Below the pieces are notes generated by a model. The model did not search any database. It was given only the letters and a program-made list of their open reading frames with translations, and was not told the DNA's origin. The translations under genes and the position numbers were made by a program. Source: an uncultured Methanosarcinales archaeon (GTDB lineage: Archaea > Nanobdellota > Nanobdellia > Woesearchaeales > GW2011-AR4). From it: a DNA stretch of 61,403 nt. Position 1 is the first letter of the stretch. Each line of letters starts with the position of its first letter. Positions 45,458-55,243 of this stretch are shown piece by piece. The stretch lies in assembly GCA_964585935.1 (NCBI GenBank), contig CAZPFO010000005.1, positions 1 to 61,403 of the forward strand. Reading direction: 5' to 3'.

Positions 45458-46567
45458 TTATTCTTTTTTAAGTTTTTTTATAGCCTCACTATGAATCTGG
45501 CAAACTCTAACTTCGGTAACATTTAAAATCTTTCCAATTTCTTTCAGCGTAAGCTCTTCCAAATAATATAGCCTAAGTGTTTCTTGTTGGTATTTGCCAT
45601 TCAAGTTGCCAACCATCTCCCATAATCTTTCTCCCTTTTCCTTTTTCAACACTTCTCCTAACGGGTCAAGCGCATTCTGATCCTTTAATAATCTACTAAT
45701 ATCCATTATCTCTGGGTCTTTAACCCCTTTATGAATAAGCCTATCAAATGGGTGGGGGTTGTTCTTGATATGTGATTCTAATTCTAAATCATATAATTGA
45801 TCTAAGCTGATTTCCATTCCTTTTGCAAGCTCTTCCTTTTCAGGATACTTCCCTAATTTAGCTGTTAAATTGCTTTCCACACTCTTCTTTTTCTTTTCCT
45901 TTTTTAAAAGAGACCTTGATTTAATACTTATCTTCCTAAGATAATCTATAATTCGATAAGACACTATTTTGTTGATATAATTAGACCAATGATGATAACT
46001 TATTTTATTACCATTATTATTTTTCACTTTATTATGATATATATTACGTAAAGCCTTTGCACCCTCAGCAACTAAGGAGTCTATATCCGCTAATATTTCT
46101 ATACCGGATCTTGAAGCTTTTTGATATGAGGCAAGGCAAACAACAGGGGAATGAAGTATGGTAAATTCTTCTTCAGTTAAATCCTTTAATTGTTTGCCTG
46201 TAGTCTCGCAAAAAAACCGTAGATTTCTCCTCCAATGTTTAAAGTGGGTACTTTTATAATCGCCGTTATTGTTAGGTAGTTTTTTCTTGAAGTATAAGGG
46301 TATTGTGGTTTCATTTAACATGTACTTCTTTTTACCATTGGTTCTGTTTGTTGGGATATCACGATCTTTAATCTTATGATAAAAAGTATTTGAAGAATAT
46401 CCTCCTATTCCACATATAGTCTCCCTTGTAACAAAAGTTCCTAATAGAGGTTTTACCTTTTCTACTATATCTTGACTGACTCTATGATATGGATTATCCA
46501 TAATTGGCTTAAGTAATTTATTGTATCTGCCAGAGTAATATGCTATTGAGCTAGACTGACTTTTCAT
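45458..46567 (-). CDS. sigma-70 family (FliA/WhiG, sigma28-like) protein with ~130-aa N-terminal extension
   Basis: Region 2 DIDSLVAEGAKAL...YINKIVSYRIIDYLRK...RS; region 3 LGKYPEKEELAKGMEISLDQL; region 4 LRLYYLEELTLKEIGKILNVTEVRVCQIHSEAIKKLK. Confidence 0.85.
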   Translation of the reverse strand: MKSQSSSIAYYSGRYNKLLKPIMDNPYHRVSQDIVEKVKPLLGTFVTRETICGIGGYSSNTFYHKIKDRDIPTNRTNGKKKYMLNETTIPLYFKKKLPNNNGDYKSTHFKHWRRNLRFFCETTGKQLKDLTEEEFTILHSPVVCLASYQKASRSGIEILADIDSLVAEGAKALRNIYHNKVKNNNGNKISYHHWSNYINKIVSYRIIDYLRKISIKSRSLLKKEKKKKSVESNLTAKLGKYPEKEELAKGMEISLDQLYDLELESHIKNNPHPFDRLIHKGVKDPEIMDISRLLKDQNALDPLGEVLKKEKGERLWEMVGNLNGKYQQETLRLYYLEELTLKEIGKILNVTEVRVCQIHSEAIKKLKKE

Positions 46568-46677
46568 ATTCCCACATCCAAATTGTTAAATCTCATTATA
46601 AATTCCAACATATAAAATGATGTAATATTTAAATATTTCTATTGTTTAGTGGTGAAAATATTTGCAAAAAAGAAGTC

Positions 46678-48033
46678 TTACATCCCAATCCCTTTCGGCA
46701 GATTTCCGCCGAATTGTTTCATCACCTTATTGAGGTCTTTGCCCTTGAATTTTTTTATTAGTTTTTTGCTTTGTTTGTATTGCTTTAATAATTCGCGTAT
46801 TTCTTTGGTTGGTATTCCTGCGCCTTTGCTTACTCTCTCAATCCTGTTCTGGTCTATCAGCTCAGGGTCTTCAAGCTCTTTTTTTGTAAAAGAGTCCATT
46901 GCATAGCGCCATTTCTCAAGCTTCTTGTCCTGTACATCAAGCATTTCTTTTGGGAGCTTTACCTGGGAAAAGCCAGGCACCATCTCCATAACTTTTGATA
47001 AAGGGCCCATTTTTTTCATTGCAGCCATCTGCTCATACAGATCTATAAGATTAAATTCGCCTTTCAGGAACTTCTTGCCAAGATCTTCCACATCCTCTTC
47101 TTTTATTGCCTCTTTTGCTTTCTCCAACAAGGCTTCTAGGTCACCCATCCCCAATAACCTTCCAACAAAGCCTTGGGGATTAAAGTGCTCAAGGTCGTCT
47201 GTTTTTTCTCCAACGCCAATGAATTTTATAGGAGCTTTTGTAACAGCGCAGGCTGACAAGGCTCCTCCGGCTTTTGCAGTGCCGTCCATTTTTGTTGCGA
47301 TAACGCCCGTTATATGGCAGCTTTTATGGAACTGCTCTGCCTGCTTCTGAGCTGCCTGCCCTATGTCAGCAGAGATAACCAACAAATTTTCATCTGGATT
47401 TATTTCCTTGTTCAAGTATTCTATTTCCTCAATCAAGTCTTTTGACAAGGCATCCCGGCCTGCAGTATCGATTATTAAAATATCATGCTGGCCGAATTTG
47501 CCTTTAAACTCTTCCAATATATTCAATGGGTTTTTTTCTTTTTTGTTTAAGTAAACAGGAACTTTTACTTGATCGGCTATCTGCTCAATTTGATCCATAG
47601 CAGCAGGCCTGTGAGTATCAAGGCCGACTAAGGCAACCCTGTAGCCCCTTTTTGTGTAGTATTTTGCCAGTTTTCCTGCTGTTGTTGTCTTTCCAGAGCC
47701 AAACAACCCCACTAACATCATCTTAAAAGGCTTCTGCCTTATCTCTATTTTGTGCTGCTCTTTTCCCAAGAAATTAACCAATTCTTCATAGACGATGTTA
47801 ATCAACTGCTCTTTTTTTGTCAATGCCTTGAGCTCTTTTTCTTTTAATGCCCTTTCCTTGATTGTCTTTGTTAAATCAAAAACCAATTGCACATTGACAT
47901 CCGCCTGCAATAAGGCCCTTTGTATGTCTTTAACCAGCTCATTGATTAGTTTTTCATCTACAAACATTGATTTTGCTATCTTCTGCAGCGTGTTTTTCAA
48001 TGAACTGCCTAGTTTTTCCAGCACCATATTCAA
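46678..48033 (-). CDS. srp54: signal recognition particle protein SRP54 (probable start 48027)
   Basis: ALLQADVN, GLFGSGKTT, DTAGR, TKMD, GRLLGMGD, M-domain RIERVSKGAG. Confidence 0.96.
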   Translation of the reverse strand: MNMVLEKLGSSLKNTLQKIAKSMFVDEKLINELVKDIQRALLQADVNVQLVFDLTKTIKERALKEKELKALTKKEQLINIVYEELVNFLGKEQHKIEIRQKPFKMMLVGLFGSGKTTTAGKLAKYYTKRGYRVALVGLDTHRPAAMDQIEQIADQVKVPVYLNKKEKNPLNILEEFKGKFGQHDILIIDTAGRDALSKDLIEEIEYLNKEINPDENLLVISADIGQAAQKQAEQFHKSCHITGVIATKMDGTAKAGGALSACAVTKAPIKFIGVGEKTDDLEHFNPQGFVGRLLGMGDLEALLEKAKEAIKEEDVEDLGKKFLKGEFNLIDLYEQMAAMKKMGPLSKVMEMVPGFSQVKLPKEMLDVQDKKLEKWRYAMDSFTKKELEDPELIDQNRIERVSKGAGIPTKEIRELLKQYKQSKKLIKKFKGKDLNKVMKQFGGNLPKGIGM

Positions 48034-48099
48034 TGTAAAGGGTGGGTATTTTATTTATAAAGGTTGCGGGTTTTATCAATTATTTTTTACTAATCATAA

Positions 48100-48117
48100 C
48101 TTCAACCTAACTTGAAG
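48100..48117. promoter_or_regulatory. operator CTTCAA-N6-TTGAAG, copy 1
   Basis: CTTCAAcctaacTTGAAG; 13 nt upstream of TATA TTTATAAA (48131-48138). Confidence 0.8.
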
Positions 48118-48160
48118 CTAAGGAAAAGTATTTATAAAGGCCGAACTATTCATTCATAAT

Positions 48161-48832
48161 ATGGCGAAAAAGAATTTGATCTTGTTGTCTATGGAAGATT
48201 CCAAAATAAAAAAGATAGCTAATGTTATAAGCAATGACTCGTGCAGGAAAATACTGGATTATTTGGCAAACAAAGAGGCAACAGAGTCTGAGCTTGCTGA
48301 GAAATTGAGTATACCCATATCTACTGTCCATTACAATCTTCAGCAGCTTATGGAGTCTGGATTAGTTGATGTTGAGGAGTTTCATTACAGCGCTAAAGGT
48401 CGTGAGGTTGACCATTACAAATTAGCCAATAAATATATCATAATCGCTCCGAAAAAGACAAAAACAGCCGGATTGAAACAGAAATTAAAGAGTATTTTGC
48501 CGGTTGCTTTGATTGCTGCAGGAACAGCAGGAATAATTCAGCTCCTTTCAAGTTCAAAAATATCATTTCCATCTCAGAGTATGGCTGCTAAAGCAGGTAT
48601 AGCGGAAAGAGCATTTGATGCATCGCCCGCTATGGCAGGTGAAGCGCTTGAAACAGCCTCGGCTGGAACAGAAGCAGCTGTAGAAGCTGCACCTGCTGCT
48701 GCACAACAAGCAGCAGACATAGCAACTAGCGCACCTGTATTACTGCAAAATCCAGCCTTATGGTTTTTAATAGGCGCACTATTTGCATTAGCTGTTTATT
48801 TTATCTGGGGCATGATAAGAAAGAAGGGATAA
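48161..48832 (+). CDS. ArsR-family wHTH regulator with C-terminal transmembrane segment(s)
   Basis: ANVISNDSCRKILDYL, ESELAEKLSIPISTVHYNLQQL, YSAKGREV; Ala-rich linker; PALWFLIGALFALAVYFIWG. Confidence 0.88.
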   Translation: MAKKNLILLSMEDSKIKKIANVISNDSCRKILDYLANKEATESELAEKLSIPISTVHYNLQQLMESGLVDVEEFHYSAKGREVDHYKLANKYIIIAPKKTKTAGLKQKLKSILPVALIAAGTAGIIQLLSSSKISFPSQSMAAKAGIAERAFDASPAMAGEALETASAGTEAAVEAAPAAAQQAADIATSAPVLLQNPALWFLIGALFALAVYFIWGMIRKKG

Positions 48833-48850
48833 CTTCAACCTAAATTGAAG
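48833..48850. promoter_or_regulatory. operator CTTCAA-N6-TTGAAG, copy 2
   Basis: CTTCAAcctaaaTTGAAG; 13 nt upstream of TATA TTTATATA (48864-48871). Confidence 0.8.
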
Positions 48851-48901
48851 TCTTGAAAAGGTATTTATATATGGCTGCATTACTGCAGCAGAGGTGATAG
48901 A

Positions 48902-51154
48902 ATGAAACCAAGAAAATCAGAGATTTTCAGGGATTTGAAAGCAAAGCTTTCAAACCAAAAAAAATTTATTGGAATTTGTATTTTAACAGTTTTGGCAATT
49001 ATACTAATTGTATCTTGTAAACCGCAGGAGCCATCTGAAACTTCCTATGGGGAACTAAAAAAATTTTCTTCTGTAGAGGAAATGAAGACTTTTCTGAAAG
49101 AAGCTTCTGAGAGCGGAGGTTATTATGGAGGGATGATGATAGAGCGGACAATGGCTGCTGATGTAAGTGCTGCAGCTGGTGCTCCAACTGCAGCGAGAAA
49201 AGAAAGCGGGAGTGCTACTGAATATTCTGAAACAAACATCCAAGTAGAGGGTGTTGATGAGGCTGACATTGTAAAGAATGACGGAAAATATATTTATGTT
49301 CTTACAGGAAAGAAAATTGCTATAGTTGATGCTTATCCTGCAGAGGATGCTGAATTATTATCCGAGATAGAAATCGAAGGAAATCCAAGAGAATTTTTTA
49401 TCAATGATGATAAGTTAATTGTTTTTGGCACTGATTATCGGAGAAGCAAGAGGCCTGTTCCTATGCCTGGAGGAGGTATTGTAGTTGAGAGTGTTGCAGT
49501 AGAAATCCAGTCAAAAGAAACTCAACCTGATGAAGACTCAGTTGCAGAGCTAATACCATTTCCAGGGTATGTAAGTAACTACGCATACGCTAAAATTTAT
49601 GATATCTCTGACAGAGAAAACCCAGAGGAAGAAGAACAGATTGTTCTGGCCGGAAATTATTATAATTCAAGAATGATCGGAGATGTAGTTTATATGATAA
49701 CAAATGAGTATACCTATTACAGAGACGATATAATGCCCCCTTGTGTTTATGATGTTAAAGGTGAGGTTGCAACTGCAAGATGCATGCCTATATCTGACAT
49801 TTACTATTTTGATTATCCTGACAGCTATGAGTTTTCAACTATAATGGCTATTGACCTTGATGACAATTCGCATTCTGAAAAGACTGTGCTAAAAGGAACA
49901 TCACAAAACATGTATGTTTCACAGGATAATATTTACATAACATTCCAGAAAAGAATGCCTTACTATTACCAGCAATGGATGATCATAAAAGAAGTTATTG
50001 TTCCTGTGCTGCCTACTGACTTAAAGGGCAAAGTGACGCAAATAGAAAGCTATGACATAAGTGAAAGCTCCAAATTTAATGAAGTCATGCAGATAGTTGA
50101 AAAATGGATGAGAGGCATGTCAAGAGAGGAGCAAAGAGAGTTTGAAAAGGAGTTAGGGGAAAAGATGGAAGAGGTCCAACTAAGAATACAAAAAGATATG
50201 GAAAAGACAATAATACAAAAAATCGCTATTGATGATATGGAAATAAAGCCAGAATCCAGCGGGGAAGTTCCAGGTAGGGCTTTGAACCAGTTTTCAATGG
50301 ATGAGTTTGATGGCTATTTCAGGATTGCGACTACTGTAGGCCGTGTTACAAGAAGTGGTGGTGGGACTGCAAATAATGTCTATGTTTTAGATGAAGATCT
50401 GGATATTGTCGGCAAGGTCGAGGATCTGGCTCCTGGAGAGAGCATCTATTCGGCAAGGTTTATGGGTGAGAGAGCTTATTTAGTCACTTTCAGGAAAGTT
50501 GATCCTTTGTTTGTTATTGACTTGTCTGATCCAGAAGACCCTAAAGTTTTGGGAAAATTAAAGATACCCGGCTATTCTGATTACCTGCATCCTTATGACA
50601 AGGACCATATAATTGGCATTGGCAAGGAAGCAGTTGAGGCAAAGGAAGGGGATTTTTCATGGTACCAGGGTGTTAAATTAGCCTTGTTTGATGTCTCCGA
50701 TGTTGAAAAGCCGAAAGAAATCTCAAAGTATGAGATTGGCGACAGGGGGACAGAGAGCTATGCTTTGCATGAGCACAAGGCATTCCTGTTTTCAAGAAGC
50801 AAGAACCTGCTTGTAATTCCTGTGACAGTTGCGGAGATTGACGAAGAAAAATATCCTAGTGGAGTTAGTCCGCAGACGCGCGGGGAATTTACTTTCCAGG
50901 GAGCTTATGTGTTCAATCTTGATTTGGATGATGGCTTTGAGCTGAAAGGCAGAGTGACGCATGTTAAAGATTCAGAGAAGTTTAAGAAATCAGGTTATTA
51001 CTGGTATGGCTCCGGGGAGAATGTAAAGAGGAGCCTTTACATGGACGATACCCTGTATACAATCTCTGACAGCAAGATAAAGATGAATGACCTGGATGAC
51101 TTGGACGAGATTAATGAGGTTGAGCTGCCTTATGAATCTGGCAGAGTTTATTAG
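48902..51154 (+). CDS. secreted/lipid-anchored beta-propeller domain protein
   Basis: IVSC lipobox-like; YSETNIQVEGVDEADIVKNDGKYIY, LNQFSMDE, GESIYSARFMG, VTFRKVDPLFVIDLS, GKLKIPGYSDYLHP. Confidence 0.9.
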   Translation: MKPRKSEIFRDLKAKLSNQKKFIGICILTVLAIILIVSCKPQEPSETSYGELKKFSSVEEMKTFLKEASESGGYYGGMMIERTMAADVSAAAGAPTAARKESGSATEYSETNIQVEGVDEADIVKNDGKYIYVLTGKKIAIVDAYPAEDAELLSEIEIEGNPREFFINDDKLIVFGTDYRRSKRPVPMPGGGIVVESVAVEIQSKETQPDEDSVAELIPFPGYVSNYAYAKIYDISDRENPEEEEQIVLAGNYYNSRMIGDVVYMITNEYTYYRDDIMPPCVYDVKGEVATARCMPISDIYYFDYPDSYEFSTIMAIDLDDNSHSEKTVLKGTSQNMYVSQDNIYITFQKRMPYYYQQWMIIKEVIVPVLPTDLKGKVTQIESYDISESSKFNEVMQIVEKWMRGMSREEQREFEKELGEKMEEVQLRIQKDMEKTIIQKIAIDDMEIKPESSGEVPGRALNQFSMDEFDGYFRIATTVGRVTRSGGGTANNVYVLDEDLDIVGKVEDLAPGESIYSARFMGERAYLVTFRKVDPLFVIDLSDPEDPKVLGKLKIPGYSDYLHPYDKDHIIGIGKEAVEAKEGDFSWYQGVKLALFDVSDVEKPKEISKYEIGDRGTESYALHEHKAFLFSRSKNLLVIPVTVAEIDEEKYPSGVSPQTRGEFTFQGAYVFNLDLDDGFELKGRVTHVKDSEKFKKSGYYWYGSGENVKRSLYMDDTLYTISDSKIKMNDLDDLDEINEVELPYESGRVY

Positions 51155-51263
51155 AAGGAATAATTTTTTTATTTTATTCTGAATAAAACTTAAACCTTAT
51201 CTACTGTTATGTTTAATTGAGAAAAAACCTTAAAACGATAAGATGGCAAAAACAAAAAAATTA

Positions 51264-51629
51264 TCAATGAATGTATTTGGATAACATTTCTGATGCTTTG
51301 CCTTTAATTGTACCTAAAATTCGCTTGTCATACTTAGAAGGATAAAAACGCCCTAAGTTTTCAGTAATATCCAATACAAGTGCATCTTTGGCAAAATTAT
51401 ACTCGATCTCCCCAAACCTATACAGACTTAAAATATCAAGACCATGCGAAGCAAAACCACTAGCAACACCATCATTCCAATAACTTTTACCTTTTATTTT
51501 TTTGCTATCTGGATCTGCTAATTTTAACAATCTTTCAGCTTCGATTACAGCTCCTTTTGGAACCGTAAATCTTGTTTGATGGTCAGTTAATAATTTATAA
51601 TCCAAATATTCTGGTCTTTTCTGAATCAT
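51264..51629 (-). CDS. hypothetical protein
   Basis: 121-aa non-overlapping ORF. Confidence 0.55.
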   Translation of the reverse strand: MIQKRPEYLDYKLLTDHQTRFTVPKGAVIEAERLLKLADPDSKKIKGKSYWNDGVASGFASHGLDILSLYRFGEIEYNFAKDALVLDITENLGRFYPSKYDKRILGTIKGKASEMLSKYIH

Positions 51630-51843
51630 ATTGATATAAGAATGATGGTAGGATATATAATTATTTCGGATAATTGTTTTTGCCCTTTTCTACTCTTACT
51701 CAATGTACCGTTTCACTCTGTGAAAGAAGGTCTTTTTCTCAACTTTCATTTCGGAGGTTGACCCCACTACCCTCGGATATTAATTCTGTTTTGGATACTA
51801 ATAGAAATCATTATATAGAAATTATCCAATAAGTCACTGTAAA

Positions 51844-52221
51844 ATGTCGCAAGAAGATGATGTAAAAGGTTCAGTTAAACACTTCATAATCTATTTCGGG
51901 CTTCTTGAAGGAATATGGATCAATACAGGAGTCCATCCATTTCTAGGGGTGTTAAATGCTTTTGAGCCTTTCTTAGGGAGTTCCCATTCCTGGTATGTTG
52001 GTGTTGCAAAGTTAATATTCTTTCTTTTAATACCATTAATCCAAATAATTGCTATATATATTTTTGGAGGAATTATCGGGGGTATTGCATTAGTGGTTGT
52101 GTTTCTTGGAGGAGTCTTTATTACTAGTTGGGCGGGTGTTTTATTGGCTGTTGGAGGAATCTTATTAGCATATTATGCTTTTTCAAAGAAGAAAAATGTA
52201 AAAATTAGTTTAAATTGGTAA
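51844..52221 (+). CDS. hypothetical Gly-rich multi-pass membrane protein
   Basis: Three to four hydrophobic segments. Confidence 0.65.
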   Translation: MSQEDDVKGSVKHFIIYFGLLEGIWINTGVHPFLGVLNAFEPFLGSSHSWYVGVAKLIFFLLIPLIQIIAIYIFGGIIGGIALVVVFLGGVFITSWAGVLLAVGGILLAYYAFSKKKNVKISLNW

Positions 52222-52224
52222 AAA

Positions 52225-53961
52225 TTACAGCCTTATCTCCTGCTCTTTAGCTTCAATGTTCTTAAGAACTTTCTTGATTAAAGAATCAACCTTAACTCCA
52301 AAATGAAGCTTGCCATCTAAAGTTCTTACAGCAACTGTTTTATTCTTTTCCTCTTTTTCTCCAACATTTAATATTAAAGGTATTTCCTGCAGTTGCGCGT
52401 CCCTGACTTTGTATCCAACAGATTCTGTTCTTGAATCAATCTCCACCCTTAAACCTGCTTTTGAAAGCTCTTCTTTGACCTTTAAAGCATATTTTTCAAA
52501 CCTGTCAGCGACTGTTAAAACCTTGATCTGGACAGGCGCAAGCCATAAAGGAAACCTTCCAGCGTAATGCTCAATTAAAATTCCTAAAAATCTTTCCAAT
52601 GAACCATAAATTGCCCTGTGCACCATAACAGGCCTGTGCTGTTTGCCATCCTTCCCTTCATAATTAAGGTCAAATTTTTCCGGCATCGAGAAGTCAACCT
52701 GGATAGTGCCGCACTGCCATTTCCTGCCGAGGCAGTCTTTAAGGTGAAAGTCAATTTTTGGCCCGTAAAAAGCCCCCTCACCTTCGTTTATCCTATATTC
52801 TATCTTCTTAGCAGCTAAAGCCTGCTTCAAGAATTTCTCAGCCTTGTCCCATACATCCTTTGAGCCCATTGCCTTTTCAGGCTTTGTGCTTAGCTCAACC
52901 TCATAAGAAAATCCAAATGTTTTATAGATAAAATCGCATAACTCAATTAACTCGATAATCGAGTCTTTTAGCTGAGGCTCTTCACAAAATACATGCGCAT
53001 CATCCTGGGTAAAAACCCTTACCCTGAACAAGCCAGCTAAAACGCCTGAAAGCTCATGCCTGTGAACAAGGCCAAATTCTCCAGCCTTGAGAGGCAGTTC
53101 ACGATAAGAATGAACTCTTGTTTTATATATCAATAAATTTCCCGGGCAGTTCATTGGCTTTACTGCATAATCTTGATTGTCTATATTTGTGAGGTACATA
53201 TTCTCTTTATAATGGTTCCAGTGCCCTGATCTTAACCATAATTCCTTGTTCAATATTAAAGGAGTTTTGTTTTCTTCATAGCCTCTTTTTCTCATTTCAT
53301 TTCTCATAAACTCCACTAATCTGTTAAAGATAAATGTGCCCTTGTCATGGAAAAATGGCATGCCTGCTGCTTCGTCATGTATTGAAAACAACTCAAGTCT
53401 TTTCCCAATTTTTCTATGGTCGCGTTTCTCTGCCTCTTCAATAAGATGAAGATGATCTTTTAGCTGTTTTTCATCAGGAAATGCAATTCCATAGACTCTT
53501 GTGAGTTGTTTGTTTTTTGAATCTGCTTTCCAATATGCTCCTGATATTTTTGTAAGCTTAAAAGCCCTTATTTCAGAAGTGTTCTTAACATGCGGCCCTT
53601 TGCATAAGTCAATAAACTCACCCTGCTTATAGAAAGAAAGCTCTTTTTCAGGCAATTCATTAATCACCTCTGTTTTATAAGGGTTGTCTTTGAATAATTT
53701 TAAAGCTTCTTTTTTGCTGAGTTTTATTTTTTTTATAGGGAGCTTTTCATTTATTATCTTTCGCATTTCTTTTTTTATCCTGTTCAAGTCATTTGGGCCA
53801 AATTTCTGATCAACCTCAAAATCATAATGAAAGCCCTCTTCTATTGGCGGCCCTATTGCTATCTTTACGTTTTTGTAAAGCCTTGTTAAAGCATGCGCAA
53901 ATACATGCGCAGCAGAATGATTGAAAATGTCCTTATCATAATGCTGTTTTTTCTCTTCCAT
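52225..53961 (-). CDS. thrS: threonine--tRNA ligase, bacterial type, no N-terminal TGS domain
   Basis: HSAAH and DLCKGPH editing motifs, RDHRKIG, KPMNCPG, HRHELSG, QCGTIQVD, HRAIYGSLERF; probable ATG 53961 (ORF track extends to 54033). Confidence 0.96.
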   Translation of the reverse strand: MEEKKQHYDKDIFNHSAAHVFAHALTRLYKNVKIAIGPPIEEGFHYDFEVDQKFGPNDLNRIKKEMRKIINEKLPIKKIKLSKKEALKLFKDNPYKTEVINELPEKELSFYKQGEFIDLCKGPHVKNTSEIRAFKLTKISGAYWKADSKNKQLTRVYGIAFPDEKQLKDHLHLIEEAEKRDHRKIGKRLELFSIHDEAAGMPFFHDKGTFIFNRLVEFMRNEMRKRGYEENKTPLILNKELWLRSGHWNHYKENMYLTNIDNQDYAVKPMNCPGNLLIYKTRVHSYRELPLKAGEFGLVHRHELSGVLAGLFRVRVFTQDDAHVFCEEPQLKDSIIELIELCDFIYKTFGFSYEVELSTKPEKAMGSKDVWDKAEKFLKQALAAKKIEYRINEGEGAFYGPKIDFHLKDCLGRKWQCGTIQVDFSMPEKFDLNYEGKDGKQHRPVMVHRAIYGSLERFLGILIEHYAGRFPLWLAPVQIKVLTVADRFEKYALKVKEELSKAGLRVEIDSRTESVGYKVRDAQLQEIPLILNVGEKEEKNKTVAVRTLDGKLHFGVKVDSLIKKVLKNIEAKEQEIRL

Positions 53962-54020
53962 ATAGCTTGTTGCAACACTTTTGTTTATATATTTTATGAT
54001 TATCAATTGATACGGTGATT

Positions 54021-54055
54021 TGTCAAGAACCACTGGTCAGAAATTCTGATATTTT
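54021..54055. repeat. internally deleted copy (C) of the palindromic element
   Basis: TGTCAAGAACCAC...TCAGAAATTCTGATATTTT retains both ends of copies A/B. Confidence 0.65.
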
Positions 54056-54117
54056 TATAAAATTATTGATGAAGAATCATAGTAAATTATATAAAAGTAA
54101 CAATAACTCCTTAGATT

Positions 54118-55077
54118 ATGTTGGATGTATTTTTTTATGAAGCATTTAAAGAGGAAGAAGAACATTTGAAAAAGTATTTGCCAGAGGGCATCAAAACAGG
54201 CTTTACTTACCATACTGTACAAGAATATGGCAAGAAAGAGGTTCCTGCAAAAATAATAAGCATAAGAACTCAATCAAGAATCCCCACTCCATGGATTAAC
54301 AATATTTCAGGTATTCTTTCAAGAAGCTCAGGTTTTGACCATATTCAAAAATATGCTAAACAAATAGTCTGCGGTTATCTGCCTTTGTACTGCAGCAGAG
54401 CGGTAGCTGAACAAGTTATTCTTCTGGCGATGTCTTTACTCAGAAAGCTTCCAAAGCAAATAAAGCAATTCTCTGATTTTAATAGGAATGGTCTAACTGG
54501 CTCTGAAGCTAAAGGGAAAAAAATTGTTATTGTTGGTGTGGGGAATATTGGATATGAAATCTATAAAATTGCCAAAAATATGGGAATAGAAGCCTTTGGA
54601 GCAGATATATTGAAAAAACACAATGATGTAAATTATATCTCAATAGAAAAAGGGATTAAGTTAGCAGATATTTTAGTATGCTCCATGAATTTAACAAAGG
54701 AAAACCATTCTTATTTTGATTATAAACTGTTGGAAAAATCAAAAAAAGGCCTCATATTCATAAATATTGCCCGTGGAGAAATGTCACCTGCTATAGATCT
54801 TTTAAGGTTGATTAATAAAAACCATCTTGGCGGATTAGCCTTGGATGTATACAATAAAGAATCTATTCTTGGTGAATCTTTAAGAACTGGTATTATTAAA
54901 GATAATGAAGAGATCAAATCTATTTTGGAATTGCATAAAAAAGAACAGGTAATCTTAACTCCGCATAACTCATTTAATACTAAAGAAGCTGTTGATAGAA
55001 AAGCTTCTCAAAGTGTACAACAGATAGAATATTTTTTTAAAAATAATAAATTTTTGTGGGAAGTTCCTACAGACTGA
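54118..55077 (+). CDS. D-isomer-specific 2-hydroxyacid dehydrogenase (D-lactate dehydrogenase-like)
   Basis: SRAVAEQ, GVGNIG, FINIARG, LALDVY, LTPHNSFNT. Confidence 0.9.
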   Translation: MLDVFFYEAFKEEEEHLKKYLPEGIKTGFTYHTVQEYGKKEVPAKIISIRTQSRIPTPWINNISGILSRSSGFDHIQKYAKQIVCGYLPLYCSRAVAEQVILLAMSLLRKLPKQIKQFSDFNRNGLTGSEAKGKKIVIVGVGNIGYEIYKIAKNMGIEAFGADILKKHNDVNYISIEKGIKLADILVCSMNLTKENHSYFDYKLLEKSKKGLIFINIARGEMSPAIDLLRLINKNHLGGLALDVYNKESILGESLRTGIIKDNEEIKSILELHKKEQVILTPHNSFNTKEAVDRKASQSVQQIEYFFKNNKFLWEVPTD

Positions 55078-55121
55078 AGAATTAAATTCTTATACCTATA
55101 CCAGAATCAAAGAAATCGTTT

Positions 55122-55226
55122 TTATTTCTCTGCAAATTCAGACATCCTGTCAGGATAGTTCAAATAATCAAACCTGCTGAAGAAATCTTCAAAATCGTCT
55201 TCTTCAGATGGTTTTTTTGAGTGCAT
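55122..55226 (-). CDS. 34-aa acidic/aromatic microprotein
   Basis: MHSKKPSEEDDFEDFFSRFDYLNYPDRMSEFAEK with GGAGGTGA RBS; not in ORF track. Confidence 0.55.
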   Translation of the reverse strand: MHSKKPSEEDDFEDFFSRFDYLNYPDRMSEFAEK

Positions 55227-55243
55227 TTTTTATCACCTCCCTT

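Noticed and set aside
45458-48033. Bacterial contamination/chimera as explanation for bacterial-type genes
   Set aside because: Bacterial-type genes are interleaved with archaeal-specific genes and use TATA/BRE promoters; not fully excluded without read mapping
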